Assembly: GCA_046590195.1 (NCBI GenBank)
Contig: JBKJTP010000084.1
Span: 1-56,169 of the forward strand
Direction: 5' to 3'
Length of the DNA stretch: 56,169 nt
From: Candidatus Kapaibacterium sp.
GTDB taxonomy: Bacteria > Bacteroidota > Ignavibacteria > Palsa-1295
Positions 54,616 through 56,169 of this stretch are shown here, piece by piece. The notes under the pieces were generated by a model. It was not told the DNA's origin, made no database searches, and was given only the letters and a program-made list of their open reading frames with translations. The translations under genes and the position numbers were made by a program. Every line of letters starts with the position of its first letter. Position 1 is the stretch's first letter.

Positions 54616-55499
54616 TGGAACTCAAAGAATTTCAGGGCCTTGCCCTACGCACCGAATCTCGCATTGATGGAATCGGTCTCAATCGTGCCAACCTCGTTAC
54701 CCTTCTGAAGATTGTCGTTGCCGTTTCCGAGATTCTAGACGGCATCAAGAAGGCTGCCTTTTACAACAAGACTGCCAAACTGGAAGGTAACTTCGGTCCG
54801 CTTCTAGACACCATCGAACACTTGGCGCATGACCTGTACCTAGAGAATGAATTCAACGGGACAGTCAACGCCGTTCTCGACCCCAACGAGAGCATTCCCA
54901 ACATTGACCCTCGCGTCTTCCACGGTATCCTCGGAATTATTACAGAGTCCGGTGAGCTTGCGGCTGCACTTCTCAAGTCCGTTGCCGATCCCAAGCATCC
55001 AATCGACGCTGTGAATATCCAAGAAGAGATGTCAGATATCGCTTGGTACAAGGCGATTCTACACGACACCCTAGGGCTGGACTGGAATCAGGGTCTTGCC
55101 AATGTCATCGAGAAGCTGCGTATCCGTTATCCGGAGAAGTATAGCGACTACAATGCCGACAATCGTAATCTGGATGCCGAGCGTGCTGCTCTGGAAGTCG
55201 GGGTAACTGATGGCGGGAACAGTCGGGACGTTGCAGTAGATATGAAAAATGCTCTTGTAGAGAAGATATACAATCCACTTAGTCGATTTGAGGATTTCTT
55301 CTTTTCGACTTATGCACCTGTAGAAACTGATACTGGCACATACCGAAACGCGGACCAGCCGATACCATTCGGCGACTCGGCCATTCCAATCAAGTCCTCG
55401 CATACTACCAGCGATGAAGTGAAGACGCTTCTAGGTATTACCTTGGAAGAAACTTGCGCCTGCGGTAAGAACCCCGCCTGCGAGTGCAAGGAAAACTAA
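54615..55499 (+). CDS. MazG-like nucleoside triphosphate pyrophosphohydrolase with a Cys-rich C-terminal extension
   Basis: ITESGELAAAL and EEMSDIAWY (ExxE...EExxD metal-binding helices), VIEKLRIRYPEKY. Tail CACGKNPACEC. Confidence 0.6.
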   Translation: MELKEFQGLALRTESRIDGIGLNRANLVTLLKIVVAVSEILDGIKKAAFYNKTAKLEGNFGPLLDTIEHLAHDLYLENEFNGTVNAVLDPNESIPNIDPRVFHGILGIITESGELAAALLKSVADPKHPIDAVNIQEEMSDIAWYKAILHDTLGLDWNQGLANVIEKLRIRYPEKYSDYNADNRNLDAERAALEVGVTDGGNSRDVAVDMKNALVEKIYNPLSRFEDFFFSTYAPVETDTGTYRNADQPIPFGDSAIPIKSSHTTSDEVKTLLGITLEETCACGKNPACECKEN

Positions 55500-56089
55500 T
55501 GTATTACCTGCAAGGGTATAATGCTATTCTCGACTTGGATGATTGCATCGCAAGTATGAGAGAGCCATTGCACAAGATTCTCAATGAAGAGTCCGGCATG
55601 GACTTGCATTGGAGTCAGTGGAGTACCGTACTCGCCGATTCGCTCTACGGTGTATCCGGGCCTCGATTCTTTGAACTCGCTCTGAGTCACCGGCTGATCG
55701 AACGCATGGAACCGCATCCAGAGGCCCGTGGCTTCATGCAGCGACTCAAGGACGCAGGAATCCATACAACCATCTTAACGGCGCGAGGATGGCACCCACG
55801 CGGTCAGACGGTCACTGAAGGTTGGTTTCGATATTGGGAGATACCGTTCGACAAGGTGACCATCTGTCAAGTAACAGATTCAAAGGTAGACTATATACAA
55901 GACATGAAGAAACTCTTGTTCACAGTAGATGATTCACCAAAGCATTGTAATATGTACGCTCGTTCCGGGGTACCGCAACATGTGTTCGCATACGAGATGC
56001 CATGGACTACTGGTAAATTGAATGAGAATGAAGGTATAATCACCGTCAACGCATTAGACGAAATAGGCAATCATATCGAAGGACTCTAA
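55499..56089 (+). CDS. HAD-family 5'(3')-deoxyribonucleotidase-like protein
   Basis: N-terminal ILDLDDCIA (DxD nucleophile motif), TILTAR (Ser/Thr motif II-like), VDDSPKH (motif IV-like). I prefer the start at the TAATG overlap (55499). Confidence 0.5.
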   Translation: MYYLQGYNAILDLDDCIASMREPLHKILNEESGMDLHWSQWSTVLADSLYGVSGPRFFELALSHRLIERMEPHPEARGFMQRLKDAGIHTTILTARGWHPRGQTVTEGWFRYWEIPFDKVTICQVTDSKVDYIQDMKKLLFTVDDSPKHCNMYARSGVPQHVFAYEMPWTTGKLNENEGIITVNALDEIGNHIEGL

Positions 56090-56103
56090 TAACATAGTCC
56101 TTC
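56078..56103 (+). terminator. possible terminator hairpin
   Basis: GAAGGACT, 10-nt loop, AGTCCTTC. No strong T-run follows. Confidence 0.35.
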
Positions 56104-56121
56104 GAATCAAGGAGGAAATGT

Positions 56122-56169
56122 TATGAAGAGGATTGGTAAGAGTCAGGCGCTTGATCTGGTACAGCGCGG
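56122..56169 (+). CDS. 5' end of an ORF that runs off the window
   Basis: SD AAGGAGG then the ATG at 56122. Translation: MKRIGKSQALDLVQR... Confidence 0.35.

Noticed and set aside
1-56169. Search for tRNA genes, integrase/attP, transposases and CRISPR arrays
   Set aside because: Intergenic regions are nearly all under 120 nt. The longest (13299-13463) has no cloverleaf potential that I could see. No tyrosine- or serine-recombinase or DDE motifs were noticed in any ORF. Nothing could be supported.

Overview
This window is a segment of a large, probably virulent dsDNA phage distantly related to T4. GC is roughly 50% by eye. About 75 tightly packed genes lie almost entirely on the + strand. T4-type core genes I recognise by motif:
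- gp13- and gp14-like neck proteins
- gp41/DnaB-like helicase
- large terminase (TerL)
- gp32-like SSB
- RecA/UvsX-, UvsY- and UvsW-like recombination genes
- gp44/gp62-like clamp loader
- a gp23/gp24-family capsid protein

Also present are a spanin pair, several fibre-like structural genes and a nucleotide-metabolism block (dCMP deaminase, Pnk-like kinase, MazG, deoxyribonucleotidase).

Features worth a second look:
1. TerL is fractured into two ORFs by an atypically split intein. The N-intein is about 27 aa and the C-intein exactly 104 aa. A free-standing GIY-YIG homing endonuclease gene sits between the halves.
2. A Walker-degenerate paralogue of the TerL ATPase domain lies immediately upstream of TerL.
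3. A drastically miniaturised DnaE (Pol III alpha)-like palm/fingers core has no PHP domain. It is encoded as two ORFs 9 kb apart, broken just before the catalytic DxD.
4. Three paralogous fibre genes share an N-terminal domain and Pro/Thr linkers. One ends in a Hint (intein-like) autoprocessing domain.
5. An early-promoter-driven NAD+ salvage pair (NMNAT-Nudix plus Nampt) is invaded by homing endonucleases. A frameshifted duplicate of the nadV 3' end is left behind a truncated endonuclease gene.
6. There are eight homing-endonuclease-type genes from five families. Most are preceded by a hairpin that combines a T4-late-promoter-like (T/C)ATAAATA box with sequestration of the ribosome-binding site.
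7. A Bfd-like [2Fe-2S] ferredoxin is followed by a disrupted ORF.

I recognised no tRNA, rRNA, CRISPR array, integrase or transposase. All functional calls rest on motif recognition and remembered family sequences, not on database searches.
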